Source of the DNA: an uncultured bacterium
Lineage (GTDB): Bacteria; Abyssobacteria; SURF-5
Length of the DNA stretch: 64,000 nucleotides
Direction: 5' to 3'
Assembly: GCA_964607485.1 (NCBI GenBank)
Contig: CAZSKP010000002.1
Location: forward strand, 11,907-75,906
Shown here: positions 18,702 through 28,406 of the stretch, piece after piece
Layout of the letters: the number at the start of each line of letters is the position of its first letter
How positions within the stretch are numbered: position 1 is the first letter of the stretch
Program-made: the position numbers and the translations under genes
The notes under the pieces: model-generated
Seen by the model: only the letters and a program-made list of their open reading frames with translations
Database searches by the model: none
Told to the model about the DNA's origin: nothing

Positions 18702-18985
18702 TGGGGACTGTCCCTATTTACGGAATCCTACCTTTTGGATTCGTAGAATAGGGACTGTCCCCATCGCAGCCTCGATTGCGGCTATGCCGCATCGTGAAAC
18801 TGTCCGACAGTCGTGCATCTGGAGTCGGTGTCTTTCCCATCCCGTTTCTGTTGGCTCTTGTAGGGGCGCACGGCCGTCCGCCCCTACGCAAACATACGCC
18901 TATACTTTCAAATACGATTGTGACCGTTCACCAACTCCTGTAGGTGCGAATGAATTCGCACCTACACAATTTTCGGACTGTCCCC
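18702..18985. repeat. Cluster of REP-like palindromes (GGGACTGTCCC three times; GTAG-type hairpins)
   Basis: G(G)GACTGTCCC at about 18704, 18751 and 18975; GTAGGGGCG..CGCCCCTAC at 18860-18887; TGTAGGTGCGAAT-GA-ATTCGCACCTACA at 18939-18966. Confidence 0.75.
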
Positions 18986-18994
18986 ATCGCGCCC

Positions 18995-19810
18995 CTATAG
19001 AGACCGCAGAAAACTCAACAGCGCCGAGATGCAGGCATCGGGTTGGTCCAAATAAATCTCGTGCCATGACCCTTCGACCACCGATATCCGAGCGTTGGGT
19101 ACGGTCTTGCGTATTTTGACCTGCTCCTCCAGGGGTGAGATGAGGCTGGTCGCGGGAGCCAGAACGAGCGTGGGAACGCCGACCTCGGGCAATAGCGGCT
19201 CCACGTTGACGCCGGCGGCCAATCGCGCCAGGTTCGACAGCATCACGGGGCGGTTCTTGGCCCATTCGCTGAGCCCCCACTCCGCTTTCCCCTTCGAAGT
19301 GTCGGGATGGGCGGCGCCGTACCCCATGAGCCTCTTGGCCCAGCCGTCGCCCCCCAGTTTCTTCATGGCCGTGGGCCAGTCCTCTTCTCCCACGGCGAAG
19401 ATCTGTTGTATCTCCGGACGAATGGAGAGCGGGGTGGCCACCAGGGTGAGACTCTTCAAGAGTTCGGGCCAGCGCGCGGCCAGCGCAATTCCCAGGATTC
19501 CTCCCACCGATTCCCCAACGTAATGAACCGGGCCGATTCCGAGCGCTTCTATCACGCCCCGGATGTCGGACAGGAGTTCGTCCACACTCCACGCGTGGTC
19601 GGCGGCGGGATCTGCCGACTGTCCATGGCCCCTCATGTCCACGCGGAGAACTTTGTATTGCCGGGCGAGAGGCGGCACCCAATGGTACCAGAACCTGCCG
19701 CTGCGCCCGTATCCGTGCTGTATCCAGATGGTATCGGATTCTTCCCACGGATCGGTGAAATCGTCCAGCTCATAGTGGATACTCAGTCCGTTCGCTTCCA
19801 CCTCGGGCAT
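18995..19810 (-). CDS. Alpha/beta hydrolase
   Basis: QHG oxyanion motif, DMRGHGQS, GESVGG nucleophile elbow, C-terminal His (SWHEI). Confidence 0.9.
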   Translation of the reverse strand: MPEVEANGLSIHYELDDFTDPWEESDTIWIQHGYGRSGRFWYHWVPPLARQYKVLRVDMRGHGQSADPAADHAWSVDELLSDIRGVIEALGIGPVHYVGESVGGILGIALAARWPELLKSLTLVATPLSIRPEIQQIFAVGEEDWPTAMKKLGGDGWAKRLMGYGAAHPDTSKGKAEWGLSEWAKNRPVMLSNLARLAAGVNVEPLLPEVGVPTLVLAPATSLISPLEEQVKIRKTVPNARISVVEGSWHEIYLDQPDACISALLSFLRSL

Positions 19811-20123
19811 AACTGTTCCTCCTCACTGGCTCACGCATGTAGTCGTCATTGATACACTCTGAACTCTGGAGGCCGACGAAACCAAATGGAACGGCTGGGG
19901 CAGAGGGCAGGCCGCCATGTCACGTTTTACAGAAATCATCTTATACCACTCTCGTCCGCCCTCGCAAACTCTCGCGGCAGAGACCGCACGAAAGAGATTC
20001 AGTCATGCTTCTCCGCGGTCTTCCCGGTCGGTTGCGTCGGAAGCCTTGTTGCCTCTCTATGCGTCCTTTCTATATAATCATTGCGCTGTGTCCGAATGGG
20101 CCCACTCCGTTGGAGCGGTCGAG

Positions 20124-21119
20124 ATGGAAGAGAAGCCGGTCGTTGTTGTCGGCAGTATGAATATGGACCTGGTCGCGAAGGCGCCCCGGTTTCCCCGAGC
20201 CGGCGAGACCGTCGTGGGCGAGAGTTTCTACACGGCGTTTGGCGGTAAGGGCGCAAACCAGGCGGTCGCGATTGCGCGGCTGGGCGTGCCCGTCAGCTTC
20301 GTCGGATGTGTGGGCGACGACGCGCACGGCCGGGAGATCATCTCCGGAGCGCAAAACGAGGGGATAGAGACGGCTCACATCAGAGTGTGCGCGGGGCGCT
20401 CGACCGGCACGGCGCTCATCATCGTGGACTCTGGAGGCCAGAACCGGATAGTCGTGGTGGCGGGAGCGAACAACGAGCTCAAGCCCGAGGACGTGCAACA
20501 GGCGGAGGAGGCAATCGCCCGCGCGGCGCTCGTGGTCACACAGTTCGAGATTCCCATGGAGACAGTGCGGGAAACCGTCGGGCTCGCAGCCAGGCACGGA
20601 GTGCCGGTGATACTCAACCCGGCTCCCGCGTTGTCCGAATCGATTGAGCCTGCTCTGCTGAAACAAGTGGATGTGCTCGTGCCGAACGAAACGGAGGCCG
20701 AGGCCCTCACCGGCGTGAAGCAGGACGCCGCCGATTTTGCCGCGGCCGCGATCCAGGAACTCAGGAAGCGGGGAGCGCGAGCGGTGATCATCACGCTGGG
20801 CGAGAAGGGAAGCATGCTCGCAGATTCCGAAAAAATGTGCCGCATACCCGCCTTCAGGGTGAACGTCGAAGACACAACAGCGGCGGGCGACGCTTTTGTG
20901 GGCGCGCTTGCGGCGGGGTATCGCTCGTTTTCGGACTTGAAGGAACTGACGAGGTTCGCCTCCGCAGTGGCCGCGCTCACCGTCACGAAGAAAGGAGCGC
21001 AGCCCTCGCTGCCGAGCACGCGGGAGGTGGAGGAATTTCTTGTGGAGCATGAGCCGGCGCTGCTCGAGAGGTTTCGAGCCATGACGCGCCGCCGTCTTGG
21101 AGAGAAGAAGAAGCGATGA
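20124..21119 (+). CDS. rbsK: Ribokinase
   Basis: GSMNMDL, GGKGANQAVA, NPAP, NETEA, DTTAAGDAF; start MEEKPV at 20124. Confidence 0.92.
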   Translation: MEEKPVVVVGSMNMDLVAKAPRFPRAGETVVGESFYTAFGGKGANQAVAIARLGVPVSFVGCVGDDAHGREIISGAQNEGIETAHIRVCAGRSTGTALIIVDSGGQNRIVVVAGANNELKPEDVQQAEEAIARAALVVTQFEIPMETVRETVGLAARHGVPVILNPAPALSESIEPALLKQVDVLVPNETEAEALTGVKQDAADFAAAAIQELRKRGARAVIITLGEKGSMLADSEKMCRIPAFRVNVEDTTAAGDAFVGALAAGYRSFSDLKELTRFASAVAALTVTKKGAQPSLPSTREVEEFLVEHEPALLERFRAMTRRRLGEKKKR

Positions 21120-21165
21120 ACGGAACGCTCGAATGGATGCATGAGCATTCACTGGGGAGGAAAGG

Positions 21166-22182
21166 ATGAAAGCTGCGGTCTTGAAGGACAAGCGCACGAT
21201 GGTTGTCGAAGAGGTGCCGACCCCGAAGGCCGGCCCGGGCGAAGCGATCATCAGGGTCAAGTATGTGGGAATCTGCGGCTCCGACTTGCACCTTTACGCG
21301 AGCGGCCTGTTGCCGCCCGACACCGTCATGGGACATGAATGCGTCGGAGTGGTCGCCGAGCTCGGTGAGGGAACGGAAGGATGGAGCGTGGGCGACAGGG
21401 TCGCCCTGTACGGCGGCCTTTCCTGCGGAAAGTGTTTCTGGTGCAAGAGGGGCCAGACCAGCCTCTGCCGCGAGATGGGGGGCATAGGCCTGGGCGATAT
21501 GCCCGGCGGCTATGCAGAACTTCTGAGAGCTTTCACCTCGATGCTCGTGAGAGTTCCCGACGAGGTCAGTCTCAAGGATGCGGCACTGCTCGACCCCTTT
21601 TCCACCGCCTTTCACGCGGTGCACCTGTCGGGTTTCCGGCTCGGCGATACTGCCCTGGTGATGGGCGCCGGCCCGATCGGGCTGTGCATTATCCAGCAGT
21701 TGCGGCTCGCAGGGGCTCGACTGGTGATGGCGACCGAATTCGTGCAAAAGCGCGCCCAGGCAGCGAAGCAGTTCGGCGCGGACATTGTCCTCAGGCCCGA
21801 CGACGACGTTTTCGGAAAGATGTCTGAACTCACAGATGATATCGGAGTGGATTACGTGTTCGAATGCGTTGGAACGCCCGACACCGCGCAGGACGCCTTC
21901 ACCCTCGTCAGGCGAGGGGGGAAGGTTGTGATTGTGGGTGTGTGCATGGAGCCGGCAACCGTTCAACCGGTCCTGTGGGTGATTAAAGAGATCTCGATGC
22001 AGGCGACCCTCGGCTTTGTTCGGAGCGAGTTCGAGGGCTCGCTCGAGTTGCTCCGAAAGGGAGTGCTGAAAACCGACGGGCTTGTCAGCGAGACCGTTTC
22101 ACTCGACCGATTGCCCGATGCATTCGAGCGGCTGCTCTCGCCCAGCGAGGAAATCAAGGTGCTTGTGGAGTTCAACGACTGA
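21166..22182 (+). CDS. Zinc-dependent (MDR) alcohol/polyol dehydrogenase
   Basis: GICGSD, GHE, CGKCFWC-x7-C, GAGPIG. Confidence 0.92.
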   Translation: MKAAVLKDKRTMVVEEVPTPKAGPGEAIIRVKYVGICGSDLHLYASGLLPPDTVMGHECVGVVAELGEGTEGWSVGDRVALYGGLSCGKCFWCKRGQTSLCREMGGIGLGDMPGGYAELLRAFTSMLVRVPDEVSLKDAALLDPFSTAFHAVHLSGFRLGDTALVMGAGPIGLCIIQQLRLAGARLVMATEFVQKRAQAAKQFGADIVLRPDDDVFGKMSELTDDIGVDYVFECVGTPDTAQDAFTLVRRGGKVVIVGVCMEPATVQPVLWVIKEISMQATLGFVRSEFEGSLELLRKGVLKTDGLVSETVSLDRLPDAFERLLSPSEEIKVLVEFND

Positions 22183-22230
22183 AAGGACTGCCGTCGAAAG
22201 GAGGTTCCCGCTTAACGACCTTATCAGAAC

Positions 22231-22363
22231 TGTCATTCTGAGGAGCGAAGGGTCGCAGACCCGGGCGACGAAGAATCTCTCATTTTCAGGCGAGTTTGCG
22301 CCTATCAGCAGGAGATTCTTCGCGGAGTTTATCCTGAGCGCAGCCGAAGGACTCAGAATGCCA
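22231..22363. repeat. Palindromic intergenic repeat (close homolog of 2953-3061)
   Basis: TGTCATTCTGAGGAGCGAAGGGTCGCAGACCCG...GATTCTTCGC...CTCAGAATG, with an extra ATCCTGAGCGCAGCCGAAGG insert. Confidence 0.85.
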
Positions 22364-22646
22364 AATCGGCAAATGCGTTTTTGGCAACACACCGTGAACA
22401 TCGCGCGGTTGCGATTGGCTGCAACAAAGGGGAGATGACGAGGCTTCGCCGACTATTTCCCTTGAGCGGAATGGAGGAGTCGGGCAATTGATGGATTGGT
22501 GGTCGGGAAAAATGCGCAGCGAGCCGGCAGACGGGCCGCGGGGGGATGAACGACACCCCTTCCCCGCCTCTCGTCGAGGCGTTCGCCGGAAGGTTCCGGG
22601 GCGCAAGAAACTGCTGTAACGGATATCGATTCCATAGCTTAGGTTA

Positions 22647-22946
22647 CTACGACTTTTCGGTCACAACGAGCAGCCTGCCGCAGTACTCACAGTTGTGGAT
22701 GAAATTCCTGTAGCGTTGTACATCGTGCGATTCCGGATACACCATCTTGCACGCGCTGCAGATGCCGTCTTTCAACACTGCCACGCCGGTGCCTTTTCTT
22801 TCCTTCAATTTGTGATAACGTTTCAGGAGAGACGGGTCGAGGCCTTTCTCAATTCTTCGAAACGTCCTGGCATTATCGGTTCCGTTGCCGTTCGATTCCA
22901 GTTCGTGCAATTTCAAAAGCAGCTTGACTTGGTTATTCGTTTTCAT
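22647..22946 (-). CDS. Short C4 zinc-ribbon protein (zf-RING_7-like, without the long coiled coil)
   Basis: GVAVLKDGICSAC...CEYCGRLL; N-terminal LLKLHELE. Confidence 0.8.
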   Translation of the reverse strand: MKTNNQVKLLLKLHELESNGNGTDNARTFRRIEKGLDPSLLKRYHKLKERKGTGVAVLKDGICSACKMVYPESHDVQRYRNFIHNCEYCGRLLVVTEKS

Positions 22947-23039
22947 TTGCTCCCCCTCACTCGCTTGCGGAAACCGTTGGGTTTGCCTTTCCGGTCCACG
23001 TTGCGATTGTTTTGACGACTTTCCGGCGGTGTTGTCCTC

Positions 23040-23924
23040 TCATGGAATTCTCATCTCAGCCGACCTGAATATCGAAATTATCTCTTTCGGGCTGGAAGCT
23101 CCGAGCACGCTTTCGCAAAAGTTGTTGTGGCTTAAAAGCTTGGCTATCCTGGCCAACAGCCTCAAATGCACGTTTTCCGAGGAGGGCGGTCCAGCCAGCA
23201 GAAACGCCATGCAAACGGGCTCTCCGTCTATGGCATCGAAATCCAAACCCTCCGGTATCCGCATGAATGACACTATCATCTGCTCCAGGCCGGGCACGCA
23301 GGCGTGCGGGAGAGCCACTCCGCTTCCAATCCCCGTGCTCGCAATCTCCTCGCGTTCAACCAGTTCTGTCAGCATGACCTCCGGCTGCAAGCCCTTGCAA
23401 TGACCGGCTATTCGACTGACGGCTTCCTCCAGAAAGGCCCGTTTCTCCTTGACGCCGACGATATCGAATATGAGACCTTCGTAAAGAAAAGGCCAGACGT
23501 ATGGGCTGATATCTGTTTTGTTCGCGCCGTCAGAAGAGGGTTCGGGAGGCTGAAAACCCGTCTTCTCCAACGCCTGCTTCAATCCCTTCCACCCGTAAAG
23601 ATTCAAGAAGCTTGTGAGTTCCATGAAATCGGCGGAACTCATCGAATTTCCTTTCGCCACGTTGATGAAGTCCACCACCTCGGGCACCTGCCGAACGAAA
23701 AGCCTCACCTGGGAGTCAAGCCCGTTCACGATCGACAGAAGGTATCCGGATGGGACATCGAGCGCTTTTTCGATTTGCGCAATCCTCCTGGCACTCGGCG
23801 GCGACTGTTTCCCGTTTTCGACGAGGCTGAGATATGTCGGAGACACGTCGATCATGCGCGACAGTTCCCTGAGGCTGAGGCCGGCCGAAATGCGCAGAGT
23901 TCTGAGTATATATCCGAAATTCAC
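23040..23924 (-). CDS. XRE-family HTH fused to PTS EIIA (PtsN/Fru-type) domain
   Basis: GTG start at 23924 with AGGAGG RBS; LSLRELSRMIDVSPTYLSLVENG HTH; EREEIASTGIGSGVALPHA with phospho-His; HLRLLARIA. Confidence 0.88.
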   Translation of the reverse strand: MNFGYILRTLRISAGLSLRELSRMIDVSPTYLSLVENGKQSPPSARRIAQIEKALDVPSGYLLSIVNGLDSQVRLFVRQVPEVVDFINVAKGNSMSSADFMELTSFLNLYGWKGLKQALEKTGFQPPEPSSDGANKTDISPYVWPFLYEGLIFDIVGVKEKRAFLEEAVSRIAGHCKGLQPEVMLTELVEREEIASTGIGSGVALPHACVPGLEQMIVSFMRIPEGLDFDAIDGEPVCMAFLLAGPPSSENVHLRLLARIAKLLSHNNFCESVLGASSPKEIISIFRSAEMRIP

Positions 23925-23952
23925 GGCTCCTCCTGTTAACTGTTTACTAAAT

Positions 23953-23981
23953 ATTATATCCCCCCAAATCCAACTTGTCAA
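23953..23981 (-). promoter_or_regulatory. Consensus sigma70 promoter for the XRE-EIIA gene
   Basis: TTGACA (23981-23976), 17-nt spacer, TATAAT (23958-23953). Confidence 0.8.
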
Positions 23982-24115
23982 GTGAAATCGTACGGCAGGG
24001 CTTTTCTCAACAACAATTCGGCCGTCAACCTTATAAAGCATTTAATTACAAATAGTTATGGACCAAAAGGGTTGCGGGCTATGACCCCAGACAGCAGAGA
24101 CACATGTGAGTGTCC

Positions 24116-24206
24116 GTACGGGCAGGCCCCCGTGCCTGCCCTGCTGACCCGCGGATAATTGCGGTATTACGGGAAGAAACGGGCAGGCACGGGGGCCTGC
24201 CCCTAC
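24116..24206. repeat. Inverted REP pair (GTAG-type REPIN-like)
   Basis: GTACGGGCAGGCCCCCGTGCCTGCCC (24116-24141) and its near reverse complement GGGCAGGCACGGGGGCCTGCCCCTAC (24181-24206). Confidence 0.8.
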
Positions 24207-24356
24207 GGGAGAATTCCGGGTGGTGCGGTGGGAGGCAGGGGCGTATGCGAAATGTTATCGTATGGCTGGACGAGCAAGCGATTACCTTGCCGGGCACTAC
24301 ACGTGGCATCAGGGAGACGGGGATACTTTCCGCCGCATCATCCTCATCATCAAAAG

Positions 24357-24911
24357 TCACTTAACGATTTTCAGAACTTCGCGGAACTCTGCCGAATCGG
24401 ATCTCTCCAAAATCTCGTACATGGCCATTTCGACGCATGTCGAAACGGCGCCGGCTTGCTCCATCTTGCGCAGGCCGATTTTGTGGTCCTGCTTCTTTCT
24501 CGACCCGCATGCGTCGGCGACAACATGCATCCGATACCCGGCCTCGATTCCGTCCAGAACGGTCTGCTCGACGCATATGTGCGTCTCGATGCCGCAGATC
24601 ATCAACTGTGTCGCCGAATGGTTGGAAAGCGCGTCAACGAACTGTGGCTCGCCGAAGCAACTGAAGCTCAGCTTTTCTATCGGCTTCAGGTGGGAGAGCT
24701 CGGTTCCTATCTGTTCGACCGTCTGCCCGAGCCCTTTCGGATACTGCTCGGTCCAGATGATGGGGAGCTTCAGAATCTTCGCAAACTTGATGAGCTTCAC
24801 ACAGTTTTCGACGAATTCGTCCGGCTTCTTGAAAGCCGCCAGGAGCTTCTGCTGGTAATCGACAACGAGAAGTAACGCGCTGTCTCTGGCAAGCACTTGA
24901 CTGTGACGCAT
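24357..24911 (-). CDS. Isochorismatase-family hydrolase
   Basis: VVDYQ, TEQYPKGLG, EKLSFSC, GIETHICV. Confidence 0.9.
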   Translation of the reverse strand: MRHSQVLARDSALLLVVDYQQKLLAAFKKPDEFVENCVKLIKFAKILKLPIIWTEQYPKGLGQTVEQIGTELSHLKPIEKLSFSCFGEPQFVDALSNHSATQLMICGIETHICVEQTVLDGIEAGYRMHVVADACGSRKKQDHKIGLRKMEQAGAVSTCVEMAMYEILERSDSAEFREVLKIVK

Positions 24912-24933
24912 CGGGTCTCTCCTATCGTTCGCT

Positions 24934-25500
24934 CTATTCGCGGGGTTTTGCGAGTATTTCGAGCACCTTCAGTTCGTGGAACCTCTTCGATGCCGCCGAA
25001 CGGAGTATCGCGACGGTGTCGGCTCCCCTGCCCGTGCCCGCGATTGCCAGCACCTCTTCCCGTTCGGGTATCAGGCCCGCGTCGCAGGCTTCCATGACTA
25101 TTTCGCAGACGACCTTGACGCCCTGCCCCAGCCTTCTCAGGGTGAGCGCGATCAGCGTCGTCGGGAACACGCCCTGAAACTGCGTGGCCAGCGAGGTCTC
25201 AATCGAGTGGGTCAGGATCGTGCCCGTATAAATTTTCCCGCCCGCTTCCAGTATCTTCTTTCTGTTCGCCTCACTCAATTCGAGGTCGCTGGGAGATTTG
25301 AACCCGGCGCTGTGGGTCACCACCACCACGTTGGCCTTCGTGTCGGCGAGCGCCTCGGCCATGGCCGCTCCGGTGTCTCCGCACGTGCTGGCCACGACCA
25401 CGTGCCGGATGCCCTCGCGCACTGCCTTCCTTGCTATCTCGAGACAGCGCGACGTGTTGTCCGGGCCCGGCTTTTCGAAGTAATCGACCGTTCTCTGCAT
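24934..25500 (-). CDS. Pyruvate kinase alpha/beta (C-terminal)-like domain protein
   Basis: YFEKPGPDNT, VVASTCGDT, VTH..GF, GQGVKV..EI, GTGRGADT; start MQRTVDYF at 25500. Confidence 0.8.
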   Translation of the reverse strand: MQRTVDYFEKPGPDNTSRCLEIARKAVREGIRHVVVASTCGDTGAAMAEALADTKANVVVVTHSAGFKSPSDLELSEANRKKILEAGGKIYTGTILTHSIETSLATQFQGVFPTTLIALTLRRLGQGVKVVCEIVMEACDAGLIPEREEVLAIAGTGRGADTVAILRSAASKRFHELKVLEILAKPRE

Positions 25501-25554
25501 GTCCTCAACTCCGTTTCTTGTAAAGATTGAGCGCGGATTCTCCACGACGAACGC

Positions 25555-26499
25555 TCACCTGCGGCCGCAGAGTGTCTCCAGATGGGCGACGACCGAAGCG
25601 CCGAGGGCACGAAGGTCGTAGCCGCCCTCGAGCATCGAGATCAGCCTGCCGCCGGAATGCTTCTGGGATATGTCCACGCACATTTTGGTGAGCCAGGCGT
25701 AGCCCTCGTCGGTCAATTGCATCGAGGCGAGCGGGTCGTCCCTGTGCCCGTCGAAGCCGGCGGAGACCATCACGAAGTCGGGCTTGAACACATCCGCCAC
25801 CGGCGGAAGCATTTTCGTAAAGACCATCTCATATTCTCTGTCGCCGCATCCGGCCCTGAGCGGGGCATTGATGGTGAACGTCTCCCCTTTGCCGCGACCC
25901 CCCTCTTGCATGCTTCCCGTGCCGGGATAGTGCGGGTACTGGTGAGCGCTGAAGTAGAGGACCGTCGGGTCGTCGTAGAAAATCTCCTGCGTGCCGTTGC
26001 CGTGATGGACGTCCCAGTCGATGATGAGCACCTTCTCGATTCCCCGAACGCGCTGCAGATATGTGGTCGTGATGGCGACATTATTGAACAGGCAGAAGCC
26101 CATGGCGCGGTCGCTCTCGGCATGGTGACCGGGCGGCCTCACCGCGCAGAAGGCGTTATCGATTGTGCCTTCCAAAATGGCATCGGCGGCGGCGATGCCC
26201 GCTCCGGCGGCGAACAGAGCCGCCTCGAACGATTTCTCCGACACTGCCGTGTCGGGGTCGATGTGTTGCACATCTGGGCCGCAAAGGTTCTTTATCGAGT
26301 TTATCAATCGGTCGGTATGAACGGCGGCCACGTATTCCACGGGACAGCTCGAAGGAGACAGGTTGACAAGAACGTCTTTCAGGCCGGCGGCCTCAATGGC
26401 CTGAAGTATCGCGGCGAGCCGTTCCGGCCGCTCCGGATGCCACGAGCCGGCAAAATGTTCGTGGTAAATGGGGTGGTAGAGAAAGCCTGTTTTCGGCAT
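25555..26499 (-). CDS. Histone deacetylase / acetoin utilization (AcuC/AphA) family
   Basis: HPERPERL, RPPGHHA, GFCLFNN, DWDVHHGNGT, SAGFD, LEGGY. Confidence 0.95.
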   Translation of the reverse strand: MPKTGFLYHPIYHEHFAGSWHPERPERLAAILQAIEAAGLKDVLVNLSPSSCPVEYVAAVHTDRLINSIKNLCGPDVQHIDPDTAVSEKSFEAALFAAGAGIAAADAILEGTIDNAFCAVRPPGHHAESDRAMGFCLFNNVAITTTYLQRVRGIEKVLIIDWDVHHGNGTQEIFYDDPTVLYFSAHQYPHYPGTGSMQEGGRGKGETFTINAPLRAGCGDREYEMVFTKMLPPVADVFKPDFVMVSAGFDGHRDDPLASMQLTDEGYAWLTKMCVDISQKHSGGRLISMLEGGYDLRALGASVVAHLETLCGRR

Positions 26500-26512
26500 C
26501 TGATTCCAGAGA

Positions 26513-26668
26513 TACTACCCGGAGCAGACATTCGTTGTCATTCTGAGCGCAGCGAAGAATCTAGAAGAATGCAGTGCATTCGGACTAAACATGAGATCCT
26601 TCACTTGGGCCTGCGGCCCTTCGTTCAGGATGACAAGAGTGTAAAGTATTTCATGCTCCCACTAATTA
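26513..26668. mobile_element. MITE-like element (imperfect terminal IRs around a TGTCATTCTGAG hairpin); homolog at 54291-54430
   Basis: Core hairpin 26536-26635; flanks TACTAC..GGAGCA and AAGTATTTCA.GCTC shared with the 54.3 kb copy. Confidence 0.6.
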
Positions 26669-26764
26669 AGTTCACGGAACAAAACGAAGAATCGAGGAGC
26701 TTATGATAGCACACCGTCGCGGAAAAACGCAAACGTGGATGGGCTGTCTGCGGCGCTTCCAACC

Positions 26765-26793
26765 TTGACAAATGATGGGCCCGCCAATATAAT
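26765..26793 (+). promoter_or_regulatory. Consensus sigma70 promoter upstream of tRNA-Asn
   Basis: TTGACA (26765-26770), 17-nt spacer, TATAAT (26788-26793). Confidence 0.85.
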
Positions 26794-26879
26794 TGGACTG
26801 TTGCGAAGGTGCCAGAGGCGCGGTCAATATTCGATTTGTGGCGGCGCCGGGCTCTCTCGTTTCATCGATTCCGAACAAT

Positions 26880-26955
26880 TCCCCGGTAGCTCAGCAGGTA
26901 GAGCGGGTGGCTGTTAACCACTTGGTCGCTGGTTCGAGTCCGGCCCGGGGAGCCA
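26880..26955 (+). tRNA. tRNA-Asn (GTT)
   Basis: Acceptor TCCCCGG/CCGGGGA, D-arm AGCTCAGCAGGTAGAGC, anticodon loop CT-GTT-AA, T-loop GGTTCGAGTCC, encoded CCA; 76 nt. Confidence 0.97.
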
Positions 26956-27303
26956 CTACATGTGTGAGGGCGACCCTATCAAAAGCCAAATCCATTTCGA
27001 GCTTCTCAAAGCCCATCCTAATTTGACCTATTAGTGCCCGCATAAATGACGCCTGGGGCGTATCGCGGGACGGCGTATGTCACCGCACCGGACGCGAGTT
27101 GAGGTCGATCACGTTTCTGCGCAGCGTATCGAATCTGAAATAAGCCATTGATGTAGAGGCCTAAACTTGCAAAATTCGGCTTCAGCCATTATCATATATG
27201 CAGACAAGATTCGGAGATCTAGCCAGCTGTATTGCATGCTCGATCGGGTTAATGCATTCCCGGCGAGCACGAAGCATGCTCATCGGCACGGGAGGGGGCC
27301 CGC

Positions 27304-28386
27304 TTGGCTCAGATCGACAACATTCTTGCGGAGGCTTTGGAGATAGGAGCCTCCGACATCCACGTGTGCGCCGGCCTTGTTCCCACCATCAGGCTCTGGG
27401 GCGAGATCAAGCCGGTGGGCAATCATGAGCCGATTTCGTCTGAGAAGAGCAGGCAATGGCTCTACGAGATTCTGACCAACAAGCAAAAGGACGACCTGGA
27501 GCGCAACCTCGAAATCGACGTCTCCTACTTCGTTGAAGATTTGGGGCGCTTCAGAGTAAGCATTCACCACGAAGACAGGGGGCTTTCCGCCTCATTCCGC
27601 GTCGTACCTTCAAGAATCCGTACCGCCGAAGAACTGGGTCTTCCCGATGCCGTAAAGGAGCTTGCTCGGCTCCAGAAGGGGCTGGCCCTGGTCACAGGCC
27701 CGTCGGGTTGCGGCAAATCGACCACATTGGCCGCCATTATAGACCTGATAAACACGGAATCCCGCCGTCACATAATATGTATAGAGGACCCTGTCGAGTT
27801 CGTCCACCAGACCAAGCGGTGTCACATCGATCAGCGCGAGGTCGGCGTGCATACTCGAAGCTTTTCCTCCGCTCTCCGCGCGGCTCTCAGAGAGGATCCC
27901 GACGTTATACTCGTAGGCGAGATGCGCGATCTCGAAACCATTTCCATGGCCATAACCGCCTCTGAAACCGGTCACCTCGTGTTCAGCACCTTGCACACTC
28001 GCAACGCCGCCAAAACGATCGAGCGCATCATAAATGTGTTTCCACCCGACCAGATCGCTCAGATCAGGACTATGGTGGCCGAATCGCTTGTCGGTGTTGT
28101 GTCCCAGGAGCTGATAAGGAATAGAGAAGGCACAGGCCGTGTGCTTGCGCTGGAAATTCTGCTTCGCACGTCGGCGCTCGCCAAGCTGATACGAGAAGGG
28201 AAAACCTACCGAATTCCGATGCTTATGGAGACAGGCGGTAGAAGCGGCATGATATTGATGGATGCATATATCGCCGACCTGTGCAAGAAAGGTCTGATAG
28301 ACCCGAAGCATGCCTATGAAAAGGTGATCGATCAGGAAGCTTTCAGAGACGTGCTCCGGGCCAGAAAATCCCCTGCCGGCACATAG
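27304..28386 (+). CDS. pilT: Type IV pilus retraction ATPase PilT family
   Basis: GASDIH, GPSGCGKST, IEDPVEF, REDPDVILVGEMRD, GHLVFSTLHT, LIREGK. Confidence 0.9.
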   Translation: MAQIDNILAEALEIGASDIHVCAGLVPTIRLWGEIKPVGNHEPISSEKSRQWLYEILTNKQKDDLERNLEIDVSYFVEDLGRFRVSIHHEDRGLSASFRVVPSRIRTAEELGLPDAVKELARLQKGLALVTGPSGCGKSTTLAAIIDLINTESRRHIICIEDPVEFVHQTKRCHIDQREVGVHTRSFSSALRAALREDPDVILVGEMRDLETISMAITASETGHLVFSTLHTRNAAKTIERIINVFPPDQIAQIRTMVAESLVGVVSQELIRNREGTGRVLALEILLRTSALAKLIREGKTYRIPMLMETGGRSGMILMDAYIADLCKKGLIDPKHAYEKVIDQEAFRDVLRARKSPAGT

Positions 28387-28406
28387 ACGATCTGCGGGAG
28401 ACATTC

